Assembly (NCBI GenBank): GCA_964016885.1
Contig: CAXHJY010001041.1
Location: 1-64,000, forward strand
Length of the DNA stretch: 64,000 nucleotides
Source: Eledone cirrhosa
Lineage: Eukaryota
Direction: 5' to 3'
Within the stretch, counting starts at the first letter, position 1. Each line of letters starts with the position of its first letter. The notes under the pieces are model-generated. The model made no database searches, was not told where the DNA came from, and saw only the letters and a list, made by a program, of their open reading frames with translations. This document shows, piece after piece, positions 1-15,111 of the stretch. Made by a program: the position numbers and the translations under genes.

Positions 1-94
1 AAACCGAGCCAAGCGTTGATATCATCCACTACCCGGAATACCATAACTGGACTATACCTAACTGGACTGCATTTAACTATTATCTGTTACCCCG

Positions 95-640
<546 letters not shown>

Positions 641-1100
641 ATTTAAGTAAGTGCCGTACTAAGAGTGAGAAATGAAATTTCGTTTTCATTTTATTACAAC
701 TTATCGTTTTCGGTATGCCTGACCGATTTAACTCACTCAATATGCAAATTAGGCTGCTCAGCCGTTAATTTTCATAAGGAAAGTATATACTTTCGAACGT
801 TCAACCATCTGGCAGAAGGGTATACGGTGCTGATGATAGCTAACAAGCTTGAAACTAGTACATCGTTCCTGTGTCAGTGTTGAACAAAAAGGTGACGTGG
901 TTGCCTTAACACCGTACGGCATAAATTCAGGCTGTTCAGTTTGTTTACAAACGAACAAAGCGGCCTTATAATAAGCGTCCGCTAAACTGATACGTGCATA
1001 TATGTATGTGTACCTGTATGTATATATATATGTATATATATGCATGCTACTGTACGTCTGTATATATATATGTATGTACATATACATACATACTTACATT
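641..1100 (+). mobile_element. Non-autonomous HHR-bearing retroelement, family H1 (retrozyme/Penelope-like)
   Basis: Reverse-complement homologue of 34892-35396 and partly of 10961-11320. Flanked by (TA)n and contains an HHR fold. Confidence 0.75.
817..870 (+). ncRNA. Minimal type I hammerhead ribozyme
   Basis: Stem I ACGGTG (824-829)/CATCGT (861-866); core CTGATGA (830-836); stem II AGCT/AGCT; GAAA (851-854); palindromic stem III ACTAGT; GUA triplet; distal stem AGGG/TCCT. Confidence 0.8.
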
Positions 1101-2850
<1,750 letters not shown>

Positions 2851-3284
2851 AACAAGAGCAGACAAACAGAAAAACAAACATATATTTCTCTAAACGAACA
2901 GCTTAATATGCAAGAAAGTAAAAAGAAGTGTGCTATGTGGCAAGAGTGGCGTGTGAAAATGTCATGTCCACTTGGTGTCTGTCAAGGAGAACTGCTTGGC
3001 CCCCTACTGTTTCTATTACATGGTCACAATAGAGTAGCAATGATGGAAACACAGCGCCACACGCACGCACTGGTCGTAACATATGACATCGCTTTTAAAA
3101 TGGCGGCGACCAGCGTAATTATGGAATCCTTTGCGGGATGACTTTGTATCTCTTTAAAAACTAGTCAAATAACTGAATTCATTTTTAGATGTGTTGCAAA
3201 TTGAACCTGTCTTCCTCCATCGTCATTGATCCTTACATTCTAGGCATGGGGGAATAGTTTGGCTCTTTCTACACAAAATCATGT

Positions 3285-3530
3285 ATTGGTGCTGTTGTTA
3301 TTGTTGTTGTTGCTGTCGTTTTATTATTGTTGTTGTAGTTATTCACGATCTTGTCCTTTTTATTGTTGTTACTGTTGCTGTTTTTGTTCTCATTGTTGCT
3401 GCTGCTGCTGTTATTATTGTTGTTGTTGTTATTATTTTAGCTGTTGTCTTTGTTGCTGTTGTTGTTACGGTCGTTGTTGTCATTGTCATCGTTGTTGTCA
3501 TCGTTGTTGTTGTCGTTGTTGTTGTTATAG
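3285..3530. repeat. Degenerate (GTT)n tract
   Basis: Read directly. Confidence 0.8.
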
Positions 3531-3673
3531 AAGTTGTTTCACTTTTCATACATAGTTTATTTCCACTATTTCTGTAGGCTTTAAACTTGGTATATGTAAA
3601 TAGGAATCAGCTAGTTAAGTGTATATATATATATAGATATATATATGTGTGTATATATGTGTGTGTATATGTG

Positions 3674-3746
<73 letters not shown>

Positions 3747-3804
3747 CAGTGTATTGGAGCTTGTGTAAATACGTGTATGTGTGTGTATACACAAATGAAA
3801 GCAC

Positions 3805-3955
3805 TGACTTGGCAGAGTGGTTAGAACGTCAGATGGAATACCTTGTGGTATTGGTTCCGGCTCTCTCAGTTCAAATCCCGCCAAGGTCCACTTCGCCTTT
3901 CATACATTCCAGGTAGATAAAAAGTACCAGTCTCGTACTGGGGTCGATTCTTCCT
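3805..3955 (+). mobile_element. tRNA-derived SINE, family A
   Basis: A box TGGCAGAGTGG, B box GTTCAAATCC and a GCCTTTCAT...GATAAAAAGTACCAG core shared with about 12 other copies in the window. Confidence 0.85.
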
Positions 3956-4198
3956 TCCTCTCTCTCTCTCTCTCTCACTCTCACCTCTCTCTCTCTCTCT
4001 CCTCTCCTTCCTCCCCTCTCTCTCTCCTCCTTCCTCTCTCTCTCTCTTCCTTCCTCTCTCTCTCTATCCCTCCCCCTCTCTCTCTCTCTCTCTCTCTCTC
4101 TTCTTCCTCTATCTCCTCTCTCTTCTTCTCTCTATTCCTCTCTCTCTCTCTCTCTCTTCCTCTCTATCCTCTCTCTCTCTCTCTTCTTCTCTCTATTC

Positions 4199-4236
<38 letters not shown>

Positions 4237-5230
4237 CTCTCCTTCCTCTCTCTCCTCTCTCTCTCTCTTCCTCTCTCTCTCTTCTTCTCTCTCTCTCTCT
4301 CTCTTCCTCTCTCTCTTCTCTCTCCTCTCTCTTCCTCTCCTTCCTCTCTCTTCCTCTCTCTCTCCTCTCCCTCCTCTCTCTTCCTCTCTCTCCTCTCTCT
4401 CTCCTCCTCTCTCCTCTCTCTCTCCTCTCCTCTCTCTCCTCTCTTCCTCCTCCTCCTCCTCTCTCTCTCTCCTCCTCTCTCTCTCTCTCTCCTCCTCTCT
4501 CCTCCTCTCTCTCCTCTCTCTCCTCCTCTCTCCTCTCTCCTCCTCCTCTCTCCTCTCTCCTCTCTCCTCTCTCTCCTCCTCTCTCCTCCTCTCTCTCCTC
4601 CTCTCTCCTCCTCTCTCTCTCCTCTCTCTCCTCTCTCCTCCTCTCTCCTCTCTCCTCTCTCCTCTCTCTCCTCTCTCTTCCTCTCTCCTCTCTCTCCTCT
4701 CTCCTCTCCTCCTCTCTCTCCTCTCTCTCCTCCTCTCTCCTCTCTCCTCTCTTCCTCCTCTCCTCTCTCCCTCTCTCCTCTCTCCTCTCTCCCTCTCTCC
4801 CCTCTCTCCTCTCTACCTCTCTCCTCTCTCCTCTCTCTCCTCTCCTCCTCTCTCCTCTCTCCTCTCTCCTCTCTCCTCTCTCTCCCTCTCTCTCCTCTCT
4901 CCTCTCCTCTCTCTCCTCTCTCCTCTCTTCCTCCTCTCTTCCTCTCTCCTCTCTCTCCTCTCTCCTCTCTTCCTCTCTCCTCTCTCTTCCTCTCCTCTCT
5001 TCCTCCTCTCTCTCCTCTCTCTCTCTCTCCTCTCTTCCTCTCTCCTCTCTCTCCTCTCTCTCTCCTCTCTTCCTCTCTCCTCTCTCTCACTCTCCTCTCT
5101 CACCTCTCTTCCCTCTCTCCTCTCTCTCACTCTATCTCTCTCTCTACACTCTTCTCTCCTCTACACTCTCTCTCTCCCTCTCACACATATCTCTCCCTCT
5201 ACACTATATCTCCTCCTACACTATATCTCT
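3956..5230. repeat. (CT)n/(CCT)n polypyrimidine tract
   Basis: Read directly; source of the SL/ER low-complexity ORFs. Confidence 0.95.
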
Positions 5231-8200
5231 CTCTACACTAAATCTCTCCTCTACACTAATCTCTCCCTCTACACTATATCTCTCCTCTCTAATATCTCTC
5301 CCTCTACACTAATATCTCTCCCTCTACACTATATATCTCTCCCTCTACACTATAAATCTCTCTCTCTACACTATATCTCTCCCTCTACACTATATATCTC
5401 TCTCTCTACACTATATCTCTCCTCTACACTATATCTCTCCTCTACACTATATCTCTCTCTCTACACTATATCTCTCCCTCCTACACTATATCTCTCCTCT
5501 ACACTATATATCTCTCCCTCTACACTATATATCTCTCCCTCTACACTATATATCTCTCTCTCTACACTATATCTCTCCCTCTACACTATATCTCTCCTCT
5601 ACACTATATATCTCTCCCTCTACACTATATATCTCTCTCTCTACACTATATCTCTCCCTCTACACTATATCTCTCCCTCTACACTAAATATCTCTCCCTC
5701 TACACTATATATCTCTCCCTCTACACTATATATCTCTCCTCTACACTATATCTCTCCCTCTACACTATATATCTCTCCCTCTACACTATATATCTCTCCC
5801 TCTACACTATATATCTCTCCTCTACACTATATCTCTCTCTCTACACTATATCTCTCCCTCTACACTATATATCTCTCCCTCTACACTATATATCTCTCTC
5901 TCTACACTATATATCTCTCTCTCTACACTATATCTCTCCCTCTACACTATATCTCTCCCTCTACACTATATATCTCTCCCTCTACACTATATATCTCTCC
6001 TCTCTACACTATATCTCTCCCTCTACACTATATATCTCTCCCTCTACACTATATATCTCTCTCTCTACACTATATCTCTCCCTCTACACTATATATCTCT
6101 CCCTCTACACTATATATCTCTCTCTCTACACTATATCTCTCCCTCTACACTATATCTCTCCCTCTACACTATATATCTCTCCCTCTACACTATATATCTC
6201 TCTCTCTACACTATATCTCTCCCTCTACACTATATCTCTCCCTCTACACTATATCTCTCCCTCTACACTATATCTCTCTCTCTCTACACTATATCTCTCC
6301 CTCTACACTATATCTCTCCTCTACACTATATATCTCTCCCTCTACACTATATATCTCTCTCTCTACACTATATCTCTCCCTCTACACTATATCTCTCCCT
6401 CTACACTATATATCTCTCCCTCTACACTATATATCTCTCCCTCTACACTATATATCTCTCCCTCTACACTATATCTCTCCCTCTACACTATATATCTCTC
6501 CCTCTACACTATATATCTCTCCCTCTACACTATATATCTCTCCCTCTACACTATATATCTCTCCCTCTACACTATATATCTCTCCCTCTACACTATATAT
6601 CTCTCCCTCTACACTATATCTCTCCCTCTACACTATATCTCTCCCTCTACACTATATATCTCTCCCTCTACACTATATATCTCTCCCTCTGCACTATATC
6701 TCTCTCTCTACACTATATCTCTCCCTCTACACTATATATCTCTCCCTCTACACTATATATCTCTCTCTCTACACTATATCTCTCCCTCTACACTATATCT
6801 CTCCCTCTACACTATATATCTCTCTCTCTACACTATATATCTCTCTCTCTACACTATATCTCTCCCTCTACACTATATCTCTCCCTCTACACTATATATC
6901 TCTCCCTCTACACTATATATCTCCCTCTACACTATATATCTCTCTCTACACTATATATCTCTCCCTCTACACTATATCTCTCCCTCTACACTATATATCT
7001 CTCCCTCTACACTATATCTCTCCCTCTACACTATATATCTCTCCCTCTACACTATATCTCTCCCTCTATACACTATATATCTCTCCCTCTACACTATATC
7101 TCTCCCTCTACACTATATATCTCTCCCTCTACACTATATCTCTCCCTCTACACTATATATCTCTCCCTCTACACTATATATCTCTCCCTCTACACTATAT
7201 ATCTCTCCCTCTACACTATATATCTCTCTCTCTACACTATATCTCTCCCTCTACACTATATATCTCTCCCTCTACACTATATATCTCTCTCTCTACACTA
7301 TATCTCTCTCTCTACACTATATCTCTCCCTCTACACTATATCTCTCCCTCTACACTATATATCTCTCCCTCTACACTATATATCTCTCTCTCTACACTAT
7401 ATCTCTCCCTCTACACTATATATCTCTCCCTCTACACTATATATCTCTCTCTCTACACTATATATCTCTCTCTCTACACTATATCTCTCCCTCTACACTA
7501 TATCTCTCCCTCTACACTATATATCTCTCCCTCTACACTATATATCTCTCTCTCTACACTATATCTCTCCCTCTACACTATATATCTCTCCCTCTACACT
7601 ATATATCTCTCTCTCTACACTATATCTCTCCCTCTACACTATATATCTCTCCCTCTACACTATATATCTCTCTCTCTACACTATATCTCTCCCTCTACAC
7701 TATATCTCTCCCTCTACACTATATATCTCTCCCTCTACACTATATATCTCTCTCTCTACACTATATCTCTCCCTCTACACTATATCTCTCCCTCTACACT
7801 ATATATCTCTCCTCTACACTATATCTCTCTCTCTCTACACTATATCTCTCCCTCTACACTATATCTCTCCCTCTACACTATATATCTCTCCCTCTACACT
7901 ATATATCTCTCTCTCTACACTATATCTCTCCCTCTACACTATATCTCTCCCTCTACACTATATATCTCTCCCTCTACACTATATATCTCTCCCTCTACAC
8001 TATATATCTCTCCCTCTACACTATATCTCTCCCTCTACACTATATATCTCTCCCTCTACACTATATATCTCTCCCTCTACACTATATATCTCTCCCTCTA
8101 CACTATTATCTCTCCCTCTACACTATATATCTCTCCCTCTACACTATATATCTCTCCCTCTACACTATATCTCTCCCTCTACACTATATATCTCTCCCTC

Positions 8201-10009
8201 TACACTATATATCTCTCCCTCTACACTATATATCTCTCCCTCTGCACTATATATCTCTCTCTCTACACTATATCTCTCCCTCTACACTATATATCTCTCC
8301 CTCTACACTATATATCTCTCTCTCTACACTATATCTCTCCCTCTACACTATATCTCTCCCTCTACACTATATATCTCTCTCTCTACACTATATATCTCTC
8401 TCTCTACACTATATCTCTCCCTCTACACTATATCTCTCCCTCTACACTATATATCTCTCCCTCTACACTATATATCTCTCTCTCTACACTATATCTCTCC
8501 CTCTACACTATATCTCTCCCTCTACACTATATATCTCTCCCTCTACACTATATATATCTCTCTCTACACTATATCTCTCCCTCTACACTATATTTTTCCC
8601 TCTACACTATATATCTCTCCCTCTACACTATATATCTCTCCCTCTACACTATATATCTCTCCCTCTACACTATATATCTCTATCTCTACACTATATATCT
8701 CTCCCTCTACACTATATATCTCTCTCTCTCTACACTATATCTCTCCCTCTACACTATATTTTTCCCTCTACACTATATATCTCTCCCTCTACACTATATA
8801 TCTCTCCCTCTACACTATATATCTCTCCCTCTACACTATATATCTCTCTCTCTACACTATATATCTCTCCCTCTACACTATATATCTCTCTCTCTACACT
8901 ATATCTCTCCCTCTACACTATATTTCTCCCTCTACACTATATATCTCTCCCTCTACACTATATATCTCTCCCTCTACACTATATCTCTCCCTCTACACTA
9001 TATATCTCTCTCTACACTATATATCTCTCTCTACACTATATCTCTCCCTCTACACTATATATCTCGCCCTCTACACTATATCTCTCCCTCTACACTATAT
9101 CTCTCCCTCTACACTATATATCTCTCCCTCTACACTATATATCTCTCCCTCTACACTATATCTCTCCCTCTACACTATATCTCTCCCTCTACACTATATA
9201 TCTCTCCCTCTACACTATATATCTCTCCCTCTACACTATATATCTCTCCCTCTACACTATATATCTCTCTCTACACTATATATCTCTGCCTCTACACTAT
9301 ATATCTCTCCCCTCCCTCTACACTATATCTCTCCCTCTACACTATATATCTCTCTCTACACTATATCTCTCCCTCTACACTATATATCTCGCCCTCTACA
9401 CTATATCTCGCCCTCTACACTATATCTCTCCCTCTACACTATATACATCTCTCCCTCTACACTATATATCTCTCCCTCTACACTATATATCTCTCCCTCT
9501 ACACTATATATCTCTCCCTCTACACTATATATCTCTCCCTCTACACTATATATCTCTCCCTCTACACTATATCTCTCTCTCTACACTATATCTCTCCCTC
9601 TTCACTATATATCTCTCCCTCTACACTATATCTCTCCCTCTACACTATATATCTCTCCCTCTACACTATATCTCTCCCTCTACACTATATATCTCTCCCT
9701 CTACACTATATCTCTCCCTCTCCACCATATATCTCTCCCTCTACACTATATCTCTCCCTCTACACTATATCTCTCCCTCTACACTATATATCTCTCCCTC
9801 TACACTATATCTCTCCCTCTACACTATATATCTCTCTCTACACTATATATCTCTCCCTCTACACTATATCTCTCCCTCTACACTATATATCTCTCCCTCT
9901 ACACTATATCTCTCCCTCTACACTATATATCTCTCCCTCTACACTATATCTCTCCCTCTACACTATATATCTCTCCCTCTACACTATATCTCTCCCTCTA
10001 CACTATATC
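5231..10009. repeat. Minisatellite, 19-23 bp unit CTACACTATAT(AT)CTCTC(C/T)CT, more than 200 copies
   Basis: Continuous tandem array read directly. Confidence 0.97.
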
Positions 10010-10269
10010 CGTCGCTCATGACGATGATGATTTGCAAGCTTGTTTATGTAAAGTATGTGTTCAAACAAGATATTGTTATATTTAGGGATCTTCAAGTTGT
10101 CATTATTGACAATAAAAACAGACACACTATTTGATTTTTACTTCATGTTTATTATTAGTTCTTTCGTCCCACATTCTGTCACCTCTTCAATGACTGTTTT
10201 CCTCTGTGTCTCTTCTCTGTCAAATAATGGGGTTCTATTGGCAATATTACCGTGACAAATCCCTAAAAT

Positions 10270-10425
10270 ATAATGTTTAAATGTCGTCTTCTGAAGATGT
10301 GTAACACTATAATTTACTACTGTCTCATGTGTATATGTGAATATTACCCACTCTACTACTCCAAGTATCGAGTACTCTGGTGGGGTATGGTCCACCTGCT
10401 ATTTTACCACACCCTGTCTGTTATA
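10270..10425 (+). mobile_element. Penelope-like 3' end, diverged relative of family H2
   Basis: Tail TATTACCCACTCTACTAC...TATCGAGTACTCTGG...TATGGTCCACCTG...GTTATATA matches 30857-30937, 34785-34866 and 38782-38863. Confidence 0.6.
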
Positions 10426-10675
10426 TATATAATTTTGTATTTATTTTTCTTAATTTATTCTTAAATTGAGTCTAGCAAACCCCATTGTTTGTAGTTAGTA
10501 TTCTTTTCACCTTAGCGAATCAGGTCCCTTACGATTTCAACACATATATCTATATATATCTGTGTTCCCTTTTCTTTTTTGTTCAGTTAAAATATACGGC
10601 TCCGAAAAACCTCTTTCTTAGAGCTATTTTACTCTAATGACACTATTTTGAGTTTCTAACTCAATACATGCCTTT

Positions 10676-10733
<58 letters not shown>

Positions 10734-10767
10734 TATATATATATATATAGATATAGATATATATATA

Positions 10768-10938
10768 CATATGTCCCAAGTCTCTGATACCATCAACACT
10801 ATACACACAGAGCTGGCATATCTAAGAACTGACTAACTGCCTGATGAGGTCATACCCATTCAATGGCTATCATCGAAATATATATAGCAGTAAATAAAGG
10901 ATTATGAGTTCATGCAATTGACTTATCTTTCGTCACTA
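10768..10938 (+). mobile_element. Short HHR-bearing Penelope-like 3' fragment in (TA)n
   Basis: About 170 bp island between TA runs; the HHR is followed directly by AATAAA. Confidence 0.65.
10836..10891 (+). ncRNA. Minimal type I hammerhead ribozyme
   Basis: Stem I ACTGC/GCAGT; CTGATGA (10841-10847); imperfect stem II hairpin 10848-10874; GAAA (10875-10878); 2-bp stem III with palindromic ATAT loop; AUA triplet. Confidence 0.8.
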
Positions 10939-10960
10939 TATATATATATATATATATATA

Positions 10961-11318
10961 ATGTAAGTATACGTACATACATATATGTATACAGACGTAC
11001 AGTAGTATGTATATATATATATACATACATGCACACATATATATATATATATGCACGTATCGGTTTACCGAACATTAATTATAATGCTCGCCGAGGTTGA
11101 CTTTGCCTTTCATCCTTACGGGGTCGATAAAATAAAGTACCAGTAATGCACTGGGTATTTGCTGGCCTTGTGCCTAAAGTAGAAACAATTAATTATAATG
11201 CTCGGTTTGTTTGTAAACAAACAAACAGCCCGAATTACGCCGTAGAGTGGGCAACCACGTCACCTTTAAGTAACTGCCGTACTAAGAGTGAGAAATGAAA
11301 TTTCGTTTCATTCTATTC

Positions 11319-11320
<2 letters not shown>
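10961..11320 (-). mobile_element. Family H1 copy, 5'-truncated, with inverted terminal module and nested SINE
   Basis: Body is the reverse complement of about 890-1100, while 11276-11320 matches 643-690 in forward orientation. Confidence 0.7.
11091..11187 (+). mobile_element. 5'-truncated family A SINE with 17-bp TSD
   Basis: ATTAATTATAATGCTCG at 11074-11090 and 11188-11204. Confidence 0.9.
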
Positions 11321-11382
<62 letters not shown>

Positions 11383-11908
11383 GGGTTCAATGGGGGTAAC
11401 CATGGTCAGGTATTCCTTCTATTGAAACAGTTCTAGTCCTGTAGAAGCCAGTGTGTGTGTGTCAGTATATCAGTGTGTGTGAGTGTGTGTGTGGTTTACA
11501 ATGCTGGAGGTGGTAACCGAGAGAAAAAACACGTCTAACAAAAGAATGCAGAGGGAGGTGGGTAAATGAGATCACCCAGGGTAGGTGATTGGGGGAGGGA
11601 GGAGAACCATATGAGATCAGCTGCCCTAGGGGTGGGGTTAGGTCAATGTTATACATGAGAGGGAGAGAGGAGAACCATATGAGATCAGCTGCCCTAGGGG
11701 TGGGGGTCAATGTAATAAAAACGAGGTGATAACAGATAAAACACACTTCATGTTGTTGTTATTCTAGAGTTGTTGCTGTTATTGTTGGTGGTGTCGTTGT
11801 TGTTGTTGGTGGTGGTTATTGCGGTAGTGTTTTGCTGTTACGTCACAGGAATCATTTGGAATACATCATACGATAGGTGTGTGTGTATATATATATATAT
11901 AGTATATA

Positions 11909-12706
11909 TAATCGAGTCCGCTTAAGAGTATACCCTCGGGAATGGAAAATAGTATACTCTTAACCGAACTATACATTATCCGGACTAAGCAAAAATATTC
12001 CATAATATTATTATTTTGAGTCTTTCAATGATTAAAAATCGCTTTAATATGGTTTAAAATGCATTTATATGTAAAAAAAATGAAAGTTACACCAAAAAAT
12101 TCAACAAGAATTATTGCAAATTATAGATAAATTAGGCAATATTTCAACATATTGGTATGCAATTTTTATTTCCTAAAAAATAGTCCAAAATGCTTTTTTT
12201 GCACTCGATTGCTCGCAATTTTTTTTTAAATCAATTCCTTCGATCTCAGACAGTATAATTTTCAAAATTTTCAAACGCTTGCATCATATAGGATTATACA
12301 GTCAACAAAGCATTTATTCCTTCTTTTCCAGAGATCTAAAATATTGATAAATGATTAAAGTTATGTTAGGTACCTATGGACATTCATATTATAAATATAA
12401 AAATAATACATACTAACCTTTGAGTAATGGATAAAGCAGAGCGTTTCAAAGACATTTTTATGACACAATGAATTATTATTTTTGTATTTGCATATATTAA
12501 ACTTTAAATTGCTTTTAGAATGGTTGTATAAATGACATCATCGCATTTCATTTTGAATTGTTTTAAAATGGTTGTTACATTATAAGCCCAATTTACTTTA
12601 CCGTATTCATTATAGTCTTATTCGGACTAAATTATATAGAAAATATATAAACGGGAATTGATTATGCTATACTCTTATCCGATATACTCTTAAGCGGACT
12701 CGACTG
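11909..12706. mobile_element. MITE, Tc1/mariner-pogo type
   Basis: TIRs TCGAGTCCGCTTAAGAGTATA (11912-11932) and its reverse complement (12683-12703); right end reads CAGTCG; TA flanks; subterminal TATACTCTTA repeats; no ORF. Confidence 0.85.
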
Positions 12707-12709
12707 TAT

Positions 12710-12940
12710 ATATATTGTGTGTGTGTATATATATATATATTGTGTGTGTATATATATATATATATTGTGTGTGTATATATATATATATATTGTGTGTGTA
12801 TATATATATATATATTGTGTGTGTGTATATATATATATATTGTGTGTGTGTATATATATATATATATTGTGTGTGTATATATATATATATATATTGTGTG
12901 TGTATATATATATATATATTGTGTGTATATATATATATAT

Positions 12941-12977
<37 letters not shown>

Positions 12978-13260
12978 TGTGTGTGTGTATATATATATAT
13001 ATTGTGTGTGTATATATATATATATATTGTGTGTGTGTATATATATATATATTGTGTGTGTATATATATATATATATATATTGTGTGTGTGTGTATAACT
13101 ATATATATATATATATTGTGTGTGTGTGTATAACTATATATATATATATTGTGTGTGTGTGTATAACTATATATATATATTGTGTGTGTGTGTATATTAT
13201 ATATATATATATATTGTGTGTGTGTGTATAACTATATATATATATATTGTGTGTGTGTGC
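12710..13260. repeat. Compound (TG)n(TA)n tandem array
   Basis: Read directly. Confidence 0.9.
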
Positions 13261-13539
13261 TTTATACTGTTAAATGGTTTCAGCCGCTGGACTACGGCCC
13301 TGCTGGAGCAACGCCTGGCCCCTATTTTATCGATCTCTTTTCTGTTAAAAATGGCAAAGTTATCTGCTGATATTTCGAAATATATGTTGTCGTTGACACT
13401 GCTAGAAATAACAGCCAACCTCTCGCATATCACACACCCTCACATCTGGACAAAAGACTGGACGGTCTTGACTGAAACACATTTGATCTAGATCGGCCTT
13501 GGACACACACACACACACAGACACACACAGACACACACA

Positions 13540-13620
<81 letters not shown>

Positions 13621-13911
13621 ACACACACACACACAGACAGACAGACAGACAGACAGAGACAGAGATGCCGATAGGTAAATTCCTTGTAAAGTAACATAAA
13701 ACTGTTTTATTTTTGGATACTTTACTAGGAATTAACTGCTAGGTAACTTTGTAAACGATATTATATATATATATAGTAAGAAACACAGTAAACCGTGTGT
13801 CTAAAATTACAAGGGTTGAAAAACCACATTTGTTTGAAATATTTAACCAAGAAGCAGACAGAATGATAAAATAAAAATATATTATTATACAATTGGAGTT
13901 TTAACTCTAAT

Positions 13912-13949
<38 letters not shown>

Positions 13950-13954
<5 letters not shown>

Positions 13955-14072
13955 TATACATGTGTTTCAACCTAGCTAACTTGGTCCTTTAGAACACATG
14001 TATACTTATATCTCTGTTCATCCCTCTCATCCAATTATATTACACGACTCGGAAAGATTCCCTTATCTGGGC
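13950..14072 (+). mobile_element. Fold-back Penelope-like end with HHR 3' half
   Basis: Inverted ATAAGTATACATGTGTT...AACACATGTATACTTAT; the minus arm reads GAAACACATGTA; the tail recurs reverse-complemented at about 38322-38370. Confidence 0.5.
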
Positions 14073-14099
14073 TATTTAATTGTAAAAGTCTGGGCAATG

Positions 14100-14361
14100 T
14101 TGTTTGTAAAAGACCAGTAGTCACCCATACATACCAGTCTCCCTCTCCACGTCCCCGATGTTGTCCAAGGTAAAAGCAATGGCTGATACAGCTTGGCACC
14201 AGTGACGTCACAACTTCTACAGCTGAGTAAACTGGAGCAACGTGAATAAGTGTCTTGTCCTTCTTGCATCAAGGACACAACACATCACCTGATCCGAGAA
14301 TCGAACTCACAACCTCACGATAGCAAGCCCAACGCTCTAACCACTAAGCCATACGCTTTCA
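14100..14361 (-). mobile_element. tRNA-derived SINE, family B (CORE-like)
   Basis: Minus strand has GGCTTAGTGG A box, GTTCGATTC B box and a GTTGCTCCAGTTTACTCAGCTG block. Confidence 0.8.
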
Positions 14362-14594
14362 TATGTGTGTGTGTGTTTACGTTGTCTTTGTCTACATTTC
14401 TAGGGAGTTAGTTCGACAAGTTCGATAAAATAAGGACCAGATTTAACAAAAATAAATACAAGTGTTGATTTAATCAACTAAATCAATGTGGTGCCCCAGC
14501 ATGGCCTTTGTCTAATGACTGGAACCAGCAAAACGTAGAGCTATAAAAGAGAACCTTGCTTGTTGTCTTAGCTCTCTCTCTCTCTATCTGACTC

Positions 14595-14795
14595 CCACCC
14601 CTGGACATGAAACCAGTCCGTCGCAGAGTTAAACCCTCAGCTATTACTGGTACTCATTTTTAGCTGAGTATACTGGAGCAACGTGAAATGTATGTTGTGT
14701 TCTTGAGCAAAACACTTCAACCCATCCCAGGAATCAAACCCACGACATTATGACCGTAAGTCCAACACCCTTACCACAAGGCCACGTGCCTTCAC
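14595..14795 (-). mobile_element. tRNA-derived SINE, family B (CORE-like plus Meta-like domain)
   Basis: Homologous to 25556-25826. Confidence 0.8.
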
Positions 14796-14800
14796 TACCA

Positions 14801-15025
14801 TAAATAGTTTCTACATTTGGCACAAAACCAGCAATTTGAAGGGAAGGCAAAAGTCGATTAAATCGACCCCACTGCGTTACTGGTATTTTATTTTATCGAA
14901 TCCGTAAAAATGAAAGGTAAAGTTAACCTCGGCGAGATTTGAACTCAGATCATAAAGGGCCGTAACTCATATACCACAAAGCATGGCGTCCGACCCTCTA
15001 CCGATACTGCCAATCCACCGCCCTT
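14801..15025 (-). mobile_element. Full-length family A SINE
   Basis: Minus strand starts GGGCGGTGGATTGGCAG, has a B box and ends GTAGAAAC+ATT. Confidence 0.88.
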
Positions 15026-15043
15026 ACCGCTATTATAAATAAT

Positions 15044-15111
15044 TATTTCTACTTTTGGCACACGGCCAACAAATACCCCAGTGCATTACTGGTACTTTAT
15101 TTTATAGACCC
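15044..15111 (-). mobile_element. 5'-truncated family A SINE with 14-bp TSD
   Basis: CTATTATAAATAAT at 15030-15043 and 15112-15125. Confidence 0.8.

Noticed and set aside
3097-3107. AAAATGGCGGC, a YY1-like or start-context motif
   Set aside because: The ORF closes after 13 codons, and a single motif is not enough to call a promoter.
3817-5241. 474-aa Ser/Leu/Pro ORF
   Set aside because: SINE head plus CT tract.
10291-10345. CTGAAGA upstream of the H2-like tail as an HHR
   Set aside because: No matching GAAA or stem III found; at most a decayed remnant.
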